Of a stretch of 64,000 nt of DNA, positions 38,102 through 54,241 are shown one piece after another (position 1 is the first letter of the stretch; every line of letters starts with the position of its first letter). Position numbers and translations under genes: made by a program. The stretch covers positions 75,826,001 through 75,890,000 of the forward strand of contig OZ024747.1 of assembly GCA_964016885.1 (NCBI GenBank), read 5' to 3'. This stretch comes from Eledone cirrhosa. Taxonomy: Eukaryota. The notes below the pieces were generated by a model. It ran no database searches, had not been told where the DNA came from, and saw nothing but the letters and a program-made list of their open reading frames with translations.

Positions 38102-38719
38102 TCAAAATTATTTTTCAAAGCTCTTGATAATCGCTTCCCTAGAACACATAGGTATCACTCAATCTTCAATAGGCATACAATTAAATTAACCTACTCATCC
38201 ACCAAAAATTTAGCACAAAATATTAATAGAATAAATAATAGGAACTTAAAACCTACTGATAATAGCATAAATAATATACAAGTTAACAAATGTAACTGTA
38301 GAGATAGATCTAAATGTCCGTTAAATAACAACTGCTTAGTTAAAAATATAGTATACAATTGTAATGTTAATACTGACTCTAATTCTTTTAACTACGTCGG
38401 TTCCACATCGACGGAATTTAAACTTCGCTATAATAACCACAAGAATTCTTTCACAGATCCAAATAAAAAATCTTCAACGGCACTATCAGGGGTACTCTGG
38501 CAACTTAAGCTAGATAACGTTAGATATTCGACGGCTTGGAATATAGTCTCAAGAGGGATTCCTTTTAATTCATCCTCTGAGACATGTGACCTCTGTGCAG
38601 AGGAGATATTCTTTATACTAAAATCTAAAAACTCCCTTAACCTACGGACAAATTTATTCAGTTGTTGCAAACATAGATTAAACTCAACGTTTAAATATAA
38701 ATTTAAATTTAAAATGTAG
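38102..38719 (+). pseudogene. Penelope-like ORF 3' end (Cys linker + GIY-YIG endonuclease), 5'-truncated; absent from the ORF track
   Basis: Uninterrupted frame [100 protein letters not shown], ending in TAG at 38717. Homologous to 63600-64000. Confidence 0.9.
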
Positions 38720-40251
38720 TATATTTAGTTTGATTTATATTTATATGAGAACTAGCCGATAAATCTTTTGATTCCTAAATCTTTGATTCCCTCGTTTTAC
38801 TCTTTTTATTGTTTATTTTATTTTATTTATTTTTATTTTTATCTAAACATTCCTCATGAAAAATTAAGCTACCCTAAAAGCCGATGCTCCAAATTTTTTG
38901 AATTAACCTTACACTAGATAAACATCTATATTAAACATAGGAACATATGTAGACATAATTGGACATCATAATCTTTTTTACGATATTCTTTGCTAGATGT
39001 GATTTGATAGATAATTTTTGGCTTTGTCTTGTAGTGAACGTGGCAATATATTGTCAATTAACTTTGAAGGGTTGTTTTTTTGTGGTTTATTTTTATTTTC
39101 AGTTTTATTTTTATTTTTATTTTTATTTTTACTTTTATTCTTTTAGTATTGTAGTATTCTATAATATTTTTATTTCTATTTTATTTATTTTTTTAAATAT
39201 TTTTATATATTTTTATATATTTTTATATGTAAATTTTTATATGTAAATTTTTATATGTATATTTTTATATGTAAATTTTTATATGTAAATCTTTAATACG
39301 TAATATTTTTTAATACGTAGTATTTTTAATATGCAATATTTTTATTATGTAATATTCTTTCGTAATATTTTTTTAGTTTTCTATTCTATATTTTTACTTA
39401 TTATTATGTTTATAATATAATATATATTTTCGATTAGTATATTGAAATCTGCTCTCTATTTCTGCTTGATAGATAATCTTGTAGAGTAATCGCAAGAATA
39501 ATAATACGCTCAAATTTTTATACCACATTGAGAATGTTTTCCGATAACTTAGAGTTTGCGGAGTGAATCAGTTGGATTCACATTGAGATTTGTAGCTGTC
39601 ACATAGACATATGAATTTTTAAAACTAAACATAAGATAATGAATTTTCACACATTGTGAATACTTGTTTCATTCAGGAATACTGATATTTACAGTGTAGT
39701 GTAAGTTTTATAAATACTAATACATTAAAACATAGGGTTTTCTACGCCTCGAATATGTCTGGATATTTTTAAATTTTTTTTTTTTTTTTTTTTTTTCTCT
39801 CTCTATATCTCTCTATATCTCTCTATATATCTCCCTTACATTAATACTTGAGCTAAATAAATAAATAAATAAATAAATAAATGTATCATTGATACACTTA
39901 CTCAAAATGACCTCCCACTACCTAATTTTCTATATATATATATATGTATCTATCTCTATTTCCTCTCTCTCTCTATATATATATATCTTTCTGTCTCTTT
40001 ACATGAAGCTCTTCACTTTATCTATTTTTCCATCTCTCTATTTTGTTCCATGCATTTCTTCTTTTTCTTTTTCTTCTTTTTCTTCTTTTTCTTCCTTCTC
40101 TTCGTTTTGTCTTTCTTTCTTTCGTTTTTCCCTCTTTTCTTTCTCTCTTTCTTTCTCTCTGTATTTTCACTGCTAAAGTAAACCTCTTCAAATGAAGTTG
40201 ATGTTTATTACGGTATGTCGAATATATTTATCTATAAAACTGTTTATATTG

Positions 40252-40317
40252 TATTTTGTCTGATGAAGGCATAGCATATTGTTAATATGATATCCCCGAA
40301 ATATATATAATGAAATA
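40252..40317 (+). ncRNA. Minimal hammerhead motif, probably in the 3' pLTR of the 38102 Penelope
   Basis: UAUUUUGU-CUGAUGA-AGG...CCCC-GAAA-UAUAUAUA-AUGAAAUA. Confidence 0.7.
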
Positions 40318-40445
40318 AATATGGTTTTATAAATATAGTTTTCCATTTATTTAATATTGTAAATATACTCCAAATATTTGTCGAGTGCTTTTATATCAGT
40401 TATAAATATTTACTAGTTGTAACCCAACAATTTTAAATATAACTT

Positions 40446-41240
<795 letters not shown>

Positions 41241-42916
41241 GATACATAACTACTTACATATATAGATAACAAGGCATTTGCATATTGAATTGAAAATGTA
41301 TGTTTATCAACATGCAATTCAGGATAATGTAAATTTATTATTCGACTTTCTTTCAGTACTTGTGTATTTTGTTTCCATACGTGTAGACGTGTGACATTGA
41401 TGTTAAATTAAATGAATGAGTGCTTTTACATACACACACGCATACACACATACATACACACACACGTACACACACACGTACACACACACGCACACACACA
41501 CACACATATACACACACATACACACACATACACACACGCACACACACATGCACACACGTATGTACACAAACACTTATATACTCTCAGTTTATGGATATTG
41601 AATCATTTGATTACAAAAAGTGGTTTTTTGTTTCTTCATTTCAATATCATACTTTCGTTCGTCATTCCAGTATCGTAGACAAAAGTGAAAAACTTTCTCC
41701 ATTGTATAAATAACATCAGAGTTTTTCTTTCTAAAGAAATTCTTTATGTGACAGCACTTACATTTTCTTCTAACAGCATAACTATTGAAATCTTGTAATG
41801 TGTTGTTGTTTTTTGCAACATAATATGCAATGGATTTTCTTCTTACGGAATACTTATCTATTGTATGCAAAAAATTACAATTTTGGATCAATGTAAAATA
41901 TTTCAGAAAATAGAAACAACTTAAGGATTTATGTTTTGTTAGAAATATATTATTATATGCTGTTTCAATTGTTTTTGATTGGCAATGTTCGAATGTATTA
42001 CAGTGGCCTCAGATGTTTGTCTATTCTGTTGCAAGCATCTTAAAATCAGACTTGCAATACTATCCTCACTCATGGTACGTTTCTTGGCATAAGCTGCATT
42101 TCTCTGGTACTTTTTTATCGACCTCGAATGGATGAAAGGCAAAGTTGATCACAGTGAGCAGAGACCCGAAACAAGTACCGCAAAGCGTACTAACTGACGC
42201 TCTAACTATTCTGCCAATTCATCTCCTAACTTGTTTTATATACAGCCCCTCCCCCCCTCAAAAAATGAGTAATCTTGGGCATAACTGAAAAATAATTTCC
42301 ATAGAATTACTTGAGTGAGAGAAATAACAATGAACACGTTGTGTAGGTGTTTGAAAAATATAATTCCTGGTCACCTTCCCTCTCACCATTCAGAAAAACT
42401 AACAATTGTAAAATAGCCTGCCAGCCAGCTTCTGATTTCCTTAATAAGAGATTAAATTGCAAATTATTGCTTTGTTATATCAGATACCTCTGCAGTATAC
42501 TAAGACAGGGGTATGGTTAAGAGGGAGAAGTTTGTAGAGAGGTAGAGAGAATGAAAGAGAGAGTGGGGAAAGAGAGGGTTAACAAGAACGAATTGTTTGT
42601 ATTAACACTAATGTTTTGCAAGGAAATGCTATGTCTTTTTGATACGATGGTGTATGTGAGAGGTAATTCTTGAAGAATATTATGAATAATTACTAAGTCA
42701 TATTCTAACATTGATGTTCTACTTGCTTGATATTAAGTATATATTTGTAAACAACTTTTCTCTCTTTCCACCTCACTCTTCCCTATCTCTCTCTCTCCCT
42801 ATCTCTGTATCAATGCAATTATATCTATGGTATGTATATATGTATATATGTATATAAATATCTGTCTTCAAGAAACCACTGGTAAATGAAATAATTATCT
42901 TATGTTGTTTATTACA

Positions 42917-42960
<44 letters not shown>

Positions 42961-42964
<4 letters not shown>

Positions 42965-43093
42965 AAAAGAGTCAGGACCTCGATGGCCGATGTTCAGTCG
43001 TCGGGGTCCTGACTCGTCTCCTATTACCCACTCTATTACCCTAAGTATTGAGTACACTGGTATTATGGTTCACCTGGTATCTTACCACACCTT

Positions 43094-43100
<7 letters not shown>
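42961..43100. mobile_element. pLTR-like fragment with short inversion (family of 61121-61322)
   Basis: Arms 42961-42990 and 42994-43024; (TA)n on both sides. Confidence 0.75.
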
Positions 43101-43177
<77 letters not shown>

Positions 43178-43711
43178 ATATATATGCGTACATACCATAT
43201 ATATATATATATATAATTTTCATTGATACACCGTTAGAAGTATAAAGATATATCTTAATGCAGCAAGCTCAAGCCAGAAGAACTTTTATTTCCAATTGCT
43301 TTAACATGAAACATTAAATCTTAAATTAGTAAATTAGTAGATTCTAAGCAACAGACCCACTCCACGATACCGACAAACACACACACGAGTGTATACACAT
43401 ATAAATCCAGGCATACAGACTAATACCAACCGATGAAGTAATATTCATGTAATGGCAAATATAAAATGACTCAAAATATTTAAAACAAATGCGCAGAATT
43501 TGAAATGTTTTGCACCGACAGAATCATGTATGTATGTATGTATGTATGTGTGTATGTGTGTATGTATGTATGTATGTATGTATGTATGTATGTATGTATG
43601 TATGTATGTATGTATGTATCTCTCTCTCTATATATATATATATATATGTATAATGTTTTCGTTCTGTTTTTGTTTTTCTTTGACTTCTCTTTGTCAATTA
43701 TCCTAATTTTA

Positions 43712-43774
<63 letters not shown>

Positions 43775-43928
43775 ATCAAAAGATGGTTAAAAGAGTTCCA
43801 TGTATTTTATTATGTGCATTTCAAAAACAAATATCATCATGCAATAACATTTGTGTTTTCATCAGATAAAATAGGAAGACATGATATCAAGGTTAAAAAA
43901 CACCTGTGAATAGTGCAGTTTTAAATCA

Positions 43929-43978
<50 letters not shown>

Positions 43979-44201
43979 GTATATATATGTATATATATAT
44001 ATATATATATGTTTAGTGTACACACATAACATGTATATATAAATATGTGTGCGACTATTCGGTTGTGTTTATCCATTACAATATAAAATGGTTTTAAACA
44101 ACCATTTATTTAAATATATATATGTTTATACCTTCCAGCAAAATAACGTCTCTTTTTATAATGTTTACATTTCCCTATTACCATAATTCTTCTCGCCGCC
44201 A

Positions 44202-44905
<704 letters not shown>

Positions 44906-47202
44906 AGCTATCTTATTTATATCACATTCGCTTTCTCTTTCTCGTTCTTTTCACTATTCAGTCTTTCTCGAAATAGCATCATGTTGTTAGTGTATATATA
45001 TAACACTTCCGTTGCACTATATGGAGATGAATTGGCAAAATAAAATTTGCTAATAGATCAATAAACAACAACAACAGCAATAACCACAACAACAACAACA
45101 ACAACAATAACCACAAATACAACAACAATAATATGAACTATAACTGTAACAATATCAACAGCAGTAAATACAATAACAAAAATAATAAAAGAAATAAAAT
45201 AAAATAAAATAAAAAGACGGAAAATAAAGTGTGAAACGGAGAAAGCGGGTGGTAGGGTCTGATATAGATGCAAAGTTCTTGATCTGGAAATAAACCAAAG
45301 AAAAACAATGAAACATTTTGAAAATATTGTAGATGTGTTGACAAACTTCAGGATGTATCAGCTACGTGCTTCCTCTTACAGAACGGAAAACCATTTGTGT
45401 TGTGGATAAAGAACACAAATTAAACTCTCCAAGAGGAAATATAGTCATAAGAATGCAAAGAATATCATATAATTTCATACTAATTCAACTAGAATGAATA
45501 TTTGAAAGTTTACAGTTCCAAATCAGTTACTGATCTGTTGGGCAGAGATATGTCGTACATCGCAAAAGAGCAGCAACAGTTTTGTTACTGGGGAAAGGAA
45601 AGGATGATGGGTTGATAGAATTAGTAGAATGATGAAAACAAAACGCATTGCGGCATTTACAATCTGAGTTCGGATCCTTTTGCAGTTGATTTGGCCTTTC
45701 AGCATTTTGAGGGCAATAAAATAAGTACCGGTGAAGTGAGGTGACAGAGTTTTTCTGAGTTCAATGGTTATCAAAGTCAGTTTCGAATTTTGGCATATGC
45801 AGTCGTTAAAATATGAACCATTTTTGTTGTTGTTGTTGATTAAAAGACCTTCCAGGCTTTACATAATTTATAGAGGACGATATTATATAATTTACCTTCC
45901 TTTTATAAGACAGTATTCTGTGAATTGATGTAGATTGGGCTGTTCTCATAGAAAATTAGCTAACCCTAAGAGACACATACTTTGTTATGAATATCAATCA
46001 ATAATACAAGTGTGGTTTAATCGATTGTAACCCTTATTCTTTATTATTAGCACTGTCACATTTTTAGATGTTTAGCTGACATTCATGACAATATTGTTGC
46101 TTCCTCATGGGTCGCAACAATAGAGTTTTCTTTTTTTAATTAATGCCAAAATAACAAAGTAAACATTGCAACGTGAAAGATGTCAAAAATTGCCCCCAAC
46201 CACACTTCCTAATTGAAACAAATCAATATTCTAACTATCGGAGAAACATTGCTCTATGTTTTGGTGAGTTGATAGAAACTGTAGATAATAGGAGGTATAT
46301 AATGGGATATATATATATATTGAATATAAGTGCTGAACCAGGTTAAAGATTAGGTTTCCCACCGAAATTAAATATATTATCCAGGATAGAACATACAGTG
46401 TGTCCCTCAAAATGTATACACACTTTTATGGTAATAAAAACAATGTTTATTAAAGTTTTTGCTATAAAAAAAAAGAGTAGACAGGCTTAGAATGTTTTGA
46501 GTTATCTCCAGGCCTAAATACAGCAGATTTCATACAGAGAAGGGTAGAGTTAGTGAGAGAAAGGAAATGAGAAAGAGATATACAGGAAGAATTGACTCCA
46601 GCACTATATTGGTACTTGTTTTTATCGAACTTAAGTAGATGAAAGGTAAAGTTGACCCCATGTAAAATGTGCAAAGTTGGGAGACTGATTGACGGTCTAA
46701 GGGATACAAGTAGATTTCAATTCCAGATTGCAGCTGTACCCCAAGACAATTTTCAAGTCTCCTGTCTTTAGAAAAACACAGCCTTATGCCTATATAAGAA
46801 ATCGATAACATACACAAGTTCAATTCAGAAAATTATATCATATATATCAGGTAGATTTCTGCTAATCAATATATCATTGAACGTCTCCTATTGATGCAGT
46901 AATAGACAAATGTTATTGTTAAACAAGTAATTATTCATTGAACTCTCAACCTCACCCTTTGTATATATATTTTTGCTTTTATTATCGCTAACACAAAGAC
47001 TGAGTGAAACTGTAGTTTCGTTTACTGTACACCGCAGAATATTTAACTTCCCCAGTCTACGTTTTCTCTGCAAACACAGCTGAGTCTCAATTTTGACTTT
47101 CATCTCTATGTGATCGATAATATAAGTATCTGAAATATTCTGGGATCGATTTGAAAGCAACCTATAACAAACATATGAAGAACTATCATTATTATTACTT
47201 GG

Positions 47203-48000
47203 CAGTCGGTGGATTGGCAGTGTCGGTAGAGGGTCGGACGCCATGCTTTCCAGCATAGAGTTACGTCCCTTTACGATCTGAGTTCAAATCCCGCCGAGGT
47301 TGACTTTGCCTTTCATCCTTACGGGGTCGATAAAATAAAGTACCAGTAATGCACTGGGTAATTGCTGGCCTTGTGCCTAAAGTAGAAACAATTATTATTA
47401 CTTGGCAGTGTCGGTAGAGGGTCGGACGCCATGCTTTCCAGCATAGAGTTACGTCCCTTTACGATCTGAGTTCAAATCCCGCCGAGGTTGACTTTGCCTT
47501 TCATCCTTATGAGGTCGATAAAATAAAGTACCAGTAATGCACTGGGTATTTGCTGGCCTTGTGCCTAAAGTTGAAACAATTATTATTACTAATGCTCTTT
47601 ATTACCACTAATATTATTATTACTACTACTATTACGAAGAGCGGTGGATTTGCAGTGTCGGCAGAGCGTTGGAGAACGTGCTTTGCGGCATAGAGTTACG
47701 TCCTGTTACGTTACGAATTCAAATCCCGCCGTGGTTAGCTTTGCCGTTCATCATCACAAGGTCGATAAAATTAAGTAACAGTCACGCACTGGCGTCCATT
47801 TAATCGACTTTCTCCTCCCCTTCAATAGCTAAAAGTAGAAACTATTATACTTTTACGCATAGAGTTACGGCCCTTGCCATTCTGAGTTCAAATCCCGCCG
47901 AGGTTAACTTTGCCTTTCATCCTTACGGGGTCGATAAAATAAAGTACCAGTAATGTACTGGGTAATTGCTGGCCTTGTGCCAAAAGTAGAAACAATTATT
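47203..48000 (+). mobile_element. Cluster of four head-to-tail SINE family A copies
   Basis: Copies at about 47203-47400, 47402-47590, 47641-47848 (diverged, longer) and 47857-48000 (5'-truncated). Confidence 0.9.
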
Positions 48001-51000
48001 ACGTCACTTTCAATCAGTAAAATATTCAAACTTCATATATACATTTCTATTTCATTTTCCTTCTCTTCGATTTCGTTTTTTTTTCTTATGTCACTGAAAA
48101 CTAGGCAACGAAATATAACATCCTAAAGAACCGAAACGCGGAAATTTTGACCGAGTTGGTAATCGAGAGGTTAGTTAAAATATTTCACCTTCACTGATTC
48201 AGTCTATGGACATATAACTATTCACATTAATTGCTTTAGAATAATGCAATCAATGATTGCCTTGTATAATTATCGAGTGCCCAGTTCCAGTTTGTCCGCA
48301 ATGCATTTTAAATCGGTAGTTTTATCTTCAACAGCAAAAAACGCTCAAACATTACTATAGCAATAGCAAGAATAATAAAAATATAGATAATAACTGACTG
48401 ATATGTTTTATAAAAGCTGATAAAATGCGGTAGAAAATATGAAGGGCGATGATGAAACAAAACAAAACTAAATAATGTTTTACCCAGTGTATTTTAGTAT
48501 GATATTTCAGGGTTGTTACCATCATTATCATCTTAAAAAATACTGGGTAAAACATTATTTGGTTTTGTTTCATTTACCCTCATTTGTCCTTCGTATTCTT
48601 TGCCGCTTTGTACCGACTTTTATATAACGTGTTGGCCATTTGCTACACATCTCAGAATGTTTCGTTTTAACTACACTACTCTAAAAATAATAACATCAAT
48701 AGCATTAACAACAATAGCAACAAACATCGTTATTAGTTCTTCATAGTTATTTCCTCGAAATGGTGTTTAATGTCTGCAAGCTGTTTGTATTTTATATTTT
48801 ATGTTATTTCTCTGATGAAACCTCAAGCGTATATATCATTTCAGTTTTGAAGTTTTACAAATCAAAGTAACACGCAATACACTCAGTTTTTCATATTTCA
48901 GAAGTGAGTAATGTTATGGAATCATAGGCAGCTAAAAGGCTGACGTCATAGGTTTAATGAAACCTCTAGTTGTCAAAGTACAAACTATATATTCTAATTG
49001 TTAGTTTCATTTTATGGCAGTAATAATTCTGTGATGTCGTGTATTTGAGAGATCTTTAAACTTACATAAATGCCAGTTACTAATGTTGGCAGCATAACAC
49101 GTTAGGTCAACTTTTAAAACAGCAAATGTCTATAAAATATTAATCACGGCAATGGGAGATTAAATAAATTCATGTAGAATGAGAATTAATAGAGTTTATA
49201 GACCTAATGTTTAATAATTCTTCAGGCATAATATTTAATGGCGGCAACGACATTTATCAGAAGAGAATTTATCTCACCCTACATATTAGAGTAAACTCGA
49301 CATTATCTGAGGCGATAAAGAACCGGCTACCTTGTATGATATGACAGTATTGTACTAGCTTTATTCCACCATTAATGTGGTGAAGATGATCATAATTTTC
49401 CATGTACAAGTCAACCAGCTTGTTAAAATATTTCTGTAATTTTCTGTGGATCAGCTGCTCTCGTTTCGTGTTAAAAGCAAATAGAAATATCTAAAATATA
49501 TGGATGTAATCAAATCATAAATTCGAGGATTTATGGAGCCAACGCCTCTTTAAACAATATGTGTATCTATATATTTAATCATTTACTGTATGTGAATCTT
49601 TTGTTTTGTAAAATCAATCCATTATTTTATTTCTCCTTATGTGAAATGTACTAGAAAACAACCAAGCTAACAACGTTACCTTTTTGATTGTTAACGCTAA
49701 ATTTCAATATGTTAATATTTTTTCTTTAAATTTTCTGTTGTATAGTGTCTTCTTAAACAATAAGTTACAATATAATTTGTATTGGAGTCCCCTTACTTTA
49801 ATTTCTCAATATGATTTTGAAGTATTATATTTTTTACAACCACATAAAATAGTTATTAGAGACTGTACACCTTTACTGGGTTTAAAGAACATCTCAGGTG
49901 AACAGATCTTATTTCGATATATTTATCAAGACAACAGGTACTATACACAGGATATCAATATCAGCTAAGTAGGTTTATGAATTAATTAGCAGATAGGAGG
50001 TTTACGTCAGATTCTTATTAGTCTGCAGCTGTTAATATGAGATTTTTATTCATTTAATCTGTTGTTTATAAGCAGAAATAAGTACATAATTGTTAAATCT
50101 TTCGTGGGTTTTAATTAATGAAATAACCGCTTCCTCAGCCTTAATAATGGAGAGAGTAACAAAAATAATCCTAATGTACTAATCTTCACAGCGCTTCCAC
50201 TTTCACATCTTTCCATTATCACATTTATTGTACATTTTCTGGTATATTCTTCCGAGTCAAATGAATGCGAAACAGTTGAGTATTTCTTATATGGTTCTAC
50301 TTTCTGTCAGTTACAATTGTCTATTACAAGTTTCCTAATTGAAATCACATGCTTCGAGTATTCCCTAGAATGGTTGCTCTCTGATCGAGCATGCATTTCA
50401 ACATACATCTGTTTACTGACGTATTTCTTAGCGGAATTATTTAAACAATGTCTGTTCCCAACCGATTTCAGCTGAAGCATCTCTACCGACTCCTGGATAA
50501 TTATTAAGTTACACGCGTTAGCAACACACTAGAGTAGAATTGGAAAAGGCGGGGAGAAGAAAATAGGAGAAGAGGGCACCAAAAGAAGAAGAAGTGAACA
50601 TCTGGTATTAGGTGGCATTGGTAGAAAAACAATAACGGATGATAACCTTCGTTAAATCTCCTCACCACTGAAGGCATTTGAAATCTTCAACATATCCAGC
50701 CGAAAGATGTTACTGATCTCCTTGATTTTGCTAAATTGAGTGTAAGATAATAACACGAACAAATGTAGGGGACATACTTGTAATATCTACAAACAAAATG
50801 TCGCTTTAATTCCTTTCATTTATAAGATTTAATTAACATAAATGTCACTCGATTCCAGTTAACAAGAACAAGAACAAGACTATGTTTTTCACCTAGATTC
50901 TTAAGCTGATCTATGATACAGGAACGACATTTAGTGTCTGAATAGAAAAGACATTAACATCCCACTTTTAGAAGGCAAAGGTTTGAAGGAGTTTAACACA

Positions 51001-51520
51001 GCTGAAATCGATATCTTAGTCAAGAAGAAAAAGGGAAGATGGTTATATTTGCATTCATGTTAGTCGTACAGATGAATGGTTTTCCCTATATATTGATTAT
51101 TTTCTTTGATACATCGATATACTTTCATAATCTAGTGTATTTGATATTCATACTTTCTCGTGTACATAAATGTGTAAATTCATTAAAACTACTCCCACCT
51201 CACACGGAAATCTCGTCAACAACTTGTTTACGTCTATAGATATCTCTTAACATTTTAACATAATATTTGTTGTTAGTTTCGCTTCATGGGAATTTGTTTA
51301 CAACAGTGAAAATAAGCAGATTTGTAGGGTCTCCGAGACGGCGAGAGATTGAAAAGAAGTGGTTACATATGTATGAGTTATCGCAATAGGAACAACACAG
51401 TACAATAACGAGTAATTAATCCTCAGGCACGAGACATGGATAGCTTGAATACTTACAACAGAATGGGCTTCACTAAAGCCCAACAGTTTTGTGGAATTAA
51501 ATCGGGCAACAAGTTAAGTA

Positions 51521-51705
51521 TACCACGGTCAGCTAAAACGTTCAAAAGCTGACAGAGATACTCTCATGGAATGACCAAATGATGTTCCTAGAAAGAAACA
51601 ATGCAGTTATTAATAAGAAGAGTTGAAATTAATGCATGCAAGATTTCACAGCTCTAACATCATTCCTTCATAGTCGGCCTATGAACTTTTGCGTCGACAC
51701 TCGTA
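51521..51705. mobile_element. Mariner-type MITE
   Basis: Homologous to 32543-32731 (opposite orientation) and 54242-54443; ends CTCGTA. Confidence 0.7.
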
Positions 51706-52374
51706 TACTATGCAAGAACATATATAGTCAAATAAACTGCATCTGCACAGTTACCGTGTATCCTATTTCAATGAAATTGTTTAGATTGACCCATGGCTAT
51801 GTGAGAAAAACATTAATTTAAAATAATTACATAGTAAGCTCAAACACAACACCAAGTGATTGCGAAATAAGCTTATTAACTATAGAGCTACAGGGATATA
51901 TGCCGGGTGCAACTGGATATTTACTGCATATGAAAATATGACAAATAAGAATAAATAAATAAAATAATAACACATGATATACAAACCGAGAGAGATTTTT
52001 GTTATTAGAATTGTTCCCATAAATCTAGTGGTGGCAATCTGACTCACTTATGATAAATGTTTGCTCAGAGTAATTGTATGAAACATGAAGTATATCTTTG
52101 GGAATGAACTACCCAATAATGTTGACATGAAAGTAAAAGGACGGCTCACGAGTATCAAGATATCTAATGTATACCTAGCTACCTATGTATCTATCTATCT
52201 CTGTATGTCTGTTTGTCTGTCCCTCTCCCCACCCCTCTCTCTCTATACACACACATACATACACATATACAAACACAGATACACACACTTATTTATATAA
52301 ATATATATATACATATATATATATATATGCTTCTATGTTTTTGTGAACGTGAAACCTTACGTTCTTAAAGCATA

Positions 52375-52453
<79 letters not shown>

Positions 52454-52520
52454 TAAGAACAAAAGATGGTTAAAGGAGTTCCATGTATTTTATTATGCGC
52501 ATTTCACCTCCTACACACAC

Positions 52521-52552
<32 letters not shown>

Positions 52553-52637
52553 AAAAGGTAAACAGAAATAACAATACAATCGGTACAGTATATGGAAGGT
52601 ATATATTAGGTTAACGCTTGATATAGCAGGAAGAGGG

Positions 52638-52673
52638 TCTTAACGTTTCGGACGCTAGTCCTTCATCGGAAGA
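52638..52673 (-). ncRNA. Minimal hammerhead motif (CCGAUGA core) in a pLTR-like fragment
   Basis: UCUU-CCGAUGA-A GGAC UAGC GUCC-GAAAC GUU-AAGA; downstream sequence matches 27740-27810. Confidence 0.7.
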
Positions 52674-52933
52674 AAGAATGAGAAATAAAATATATTTAGG
52701 GGACGGGCGGGATGGAATTGGAAAAAATGTCTTTAGATAAAAATAACAGGTCCATTCATGTTGACATCTCTTGCAAAACTGTTGGTGTGTGCTGGCGTTT
52801 TGTGTAATATTTATTTTTCAGAAAAGTGGATGATGGCGCGCGTCTACCTGAATGGAAAAAAAAACGTTTTGTAAAAAGAACTATACTTGAGCACGTACGT
52901 AAGTATGTATATAAATCTATCTATCTATCTATC

Positions 52934-53630
52934 AAGCTCTACAGACATGGGCGCCCGGGCAGGGACCCTTCGAAAAAGATCTGTCCGAGATGCGTGCGAG
53001 ACGAAGAAACCGTCGCGCACGCATTCATACACTGCCCGGGCGTTACCAACCTGTGGGGCTATATAGAACGACTATTGTCGCGGGTGGGACCAATCCAGTT
53101 GACCACTGAGTCTATTGTCATGATGAAACCGCCACCCTCCTTCAAAAACGAGGGAGAGGCGGTTTTCCTTTGTGTGATAGCTATGGCGAAAGAGGTTGTA
53201 TGGTGGACGACGTTAAAAGGGCTGAGTCAGACACCTTTCTCTCCGGCCAACAACTGATTCTTTTTTCAAATACCACTTTGGAAGAAGAGTCAGGATGGAG
53301 AGAGAGGTGCTGTACCCCAGCAAGTTTTATGAAAGGTGGGTCAAAGTGGCGAGAATGGCCCGAGTGAATGGGCTTCTCTCTATATCAGCCTGTAGGTTGA
53401 GGAAAAAAGGAAGAGAGGAAAGGGGTACAAACTCTTCGTACTCCTGGAGATGAGGGTTGCACATTTTTCTCGGGGGTATGTGCTACCCATATGAACTGTC
53501 TCCCCTTATTGGGGAAAATCGATTAACCTCTAATTTACAATTGTGATAACATTTTACACGTTTTTATTGTATGTAAACTCCCCCCTTTGTAATTGTCTCC
53601 TTCTTTTGTGCCCCTGTGACTAATAAAGAA
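52934..53630 (+). mobile_element. 5'-truncated L1/Tx1-like LINE 3' end in a (CTAT)n microsatellite
   Basis: CPRCVRDEETVAHAFIHCPGVTNLW (CCHC motif), AKEVVW; 3' UTR ending AATAAAGAA; CTAT repeats on both sides. Confidence 0.8.
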
Positions 53631-53633
53631 ACA

Positions 53634-53718
<85 letters not shown>

Positions 53719-53735
53719 CTCTCTCTCTATCTCTC

Positions 53736-53772
<37 letters not shown>

Positions 53773-54241
53773 ACGTGTGTGTGTACGTGTGTGTGTGTGT
53801 GTCTGTCTCCGTGTGCATAGTTGTACTAACGATAGAAATGATTTCTAAACGTATGTCGTGATGCTTCAATGTTTGTAGAAATAGTGGTGAACAAGCTGTT
53901 AGAGAATAACATGCTTAACCTATCCAAAAAAGACCCACCACACAAATCAGTTTTCTCAATCATTTCTATTAACAGGATTAGTCAACTTCCTCCACAATCA
54001 AATAAGCTATCAGTTCTAATCTAATCAATAAAACCTGAAACCCATAACCAATATATAAATCTAAGTTTGTTACAAACCTCATCAGGCCGCAGCCGCCATC
54101 AGTATGCAGTTTCCTCCGCCAAAACATGAACTCATACACGACACTGTAATGATCTCGTGAGTACAACCTGACATTTTACTGTCACTTACTCATTTGTGGT
54201 AAACAAGCAAGGACTAAAAATAGAATATATCAACATACAAA

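Noticed and set aside
48812-48822. Isolated CTGATGAAAC
   Set aside because: No matching stems or downstream GAAA-NUH arrangement.
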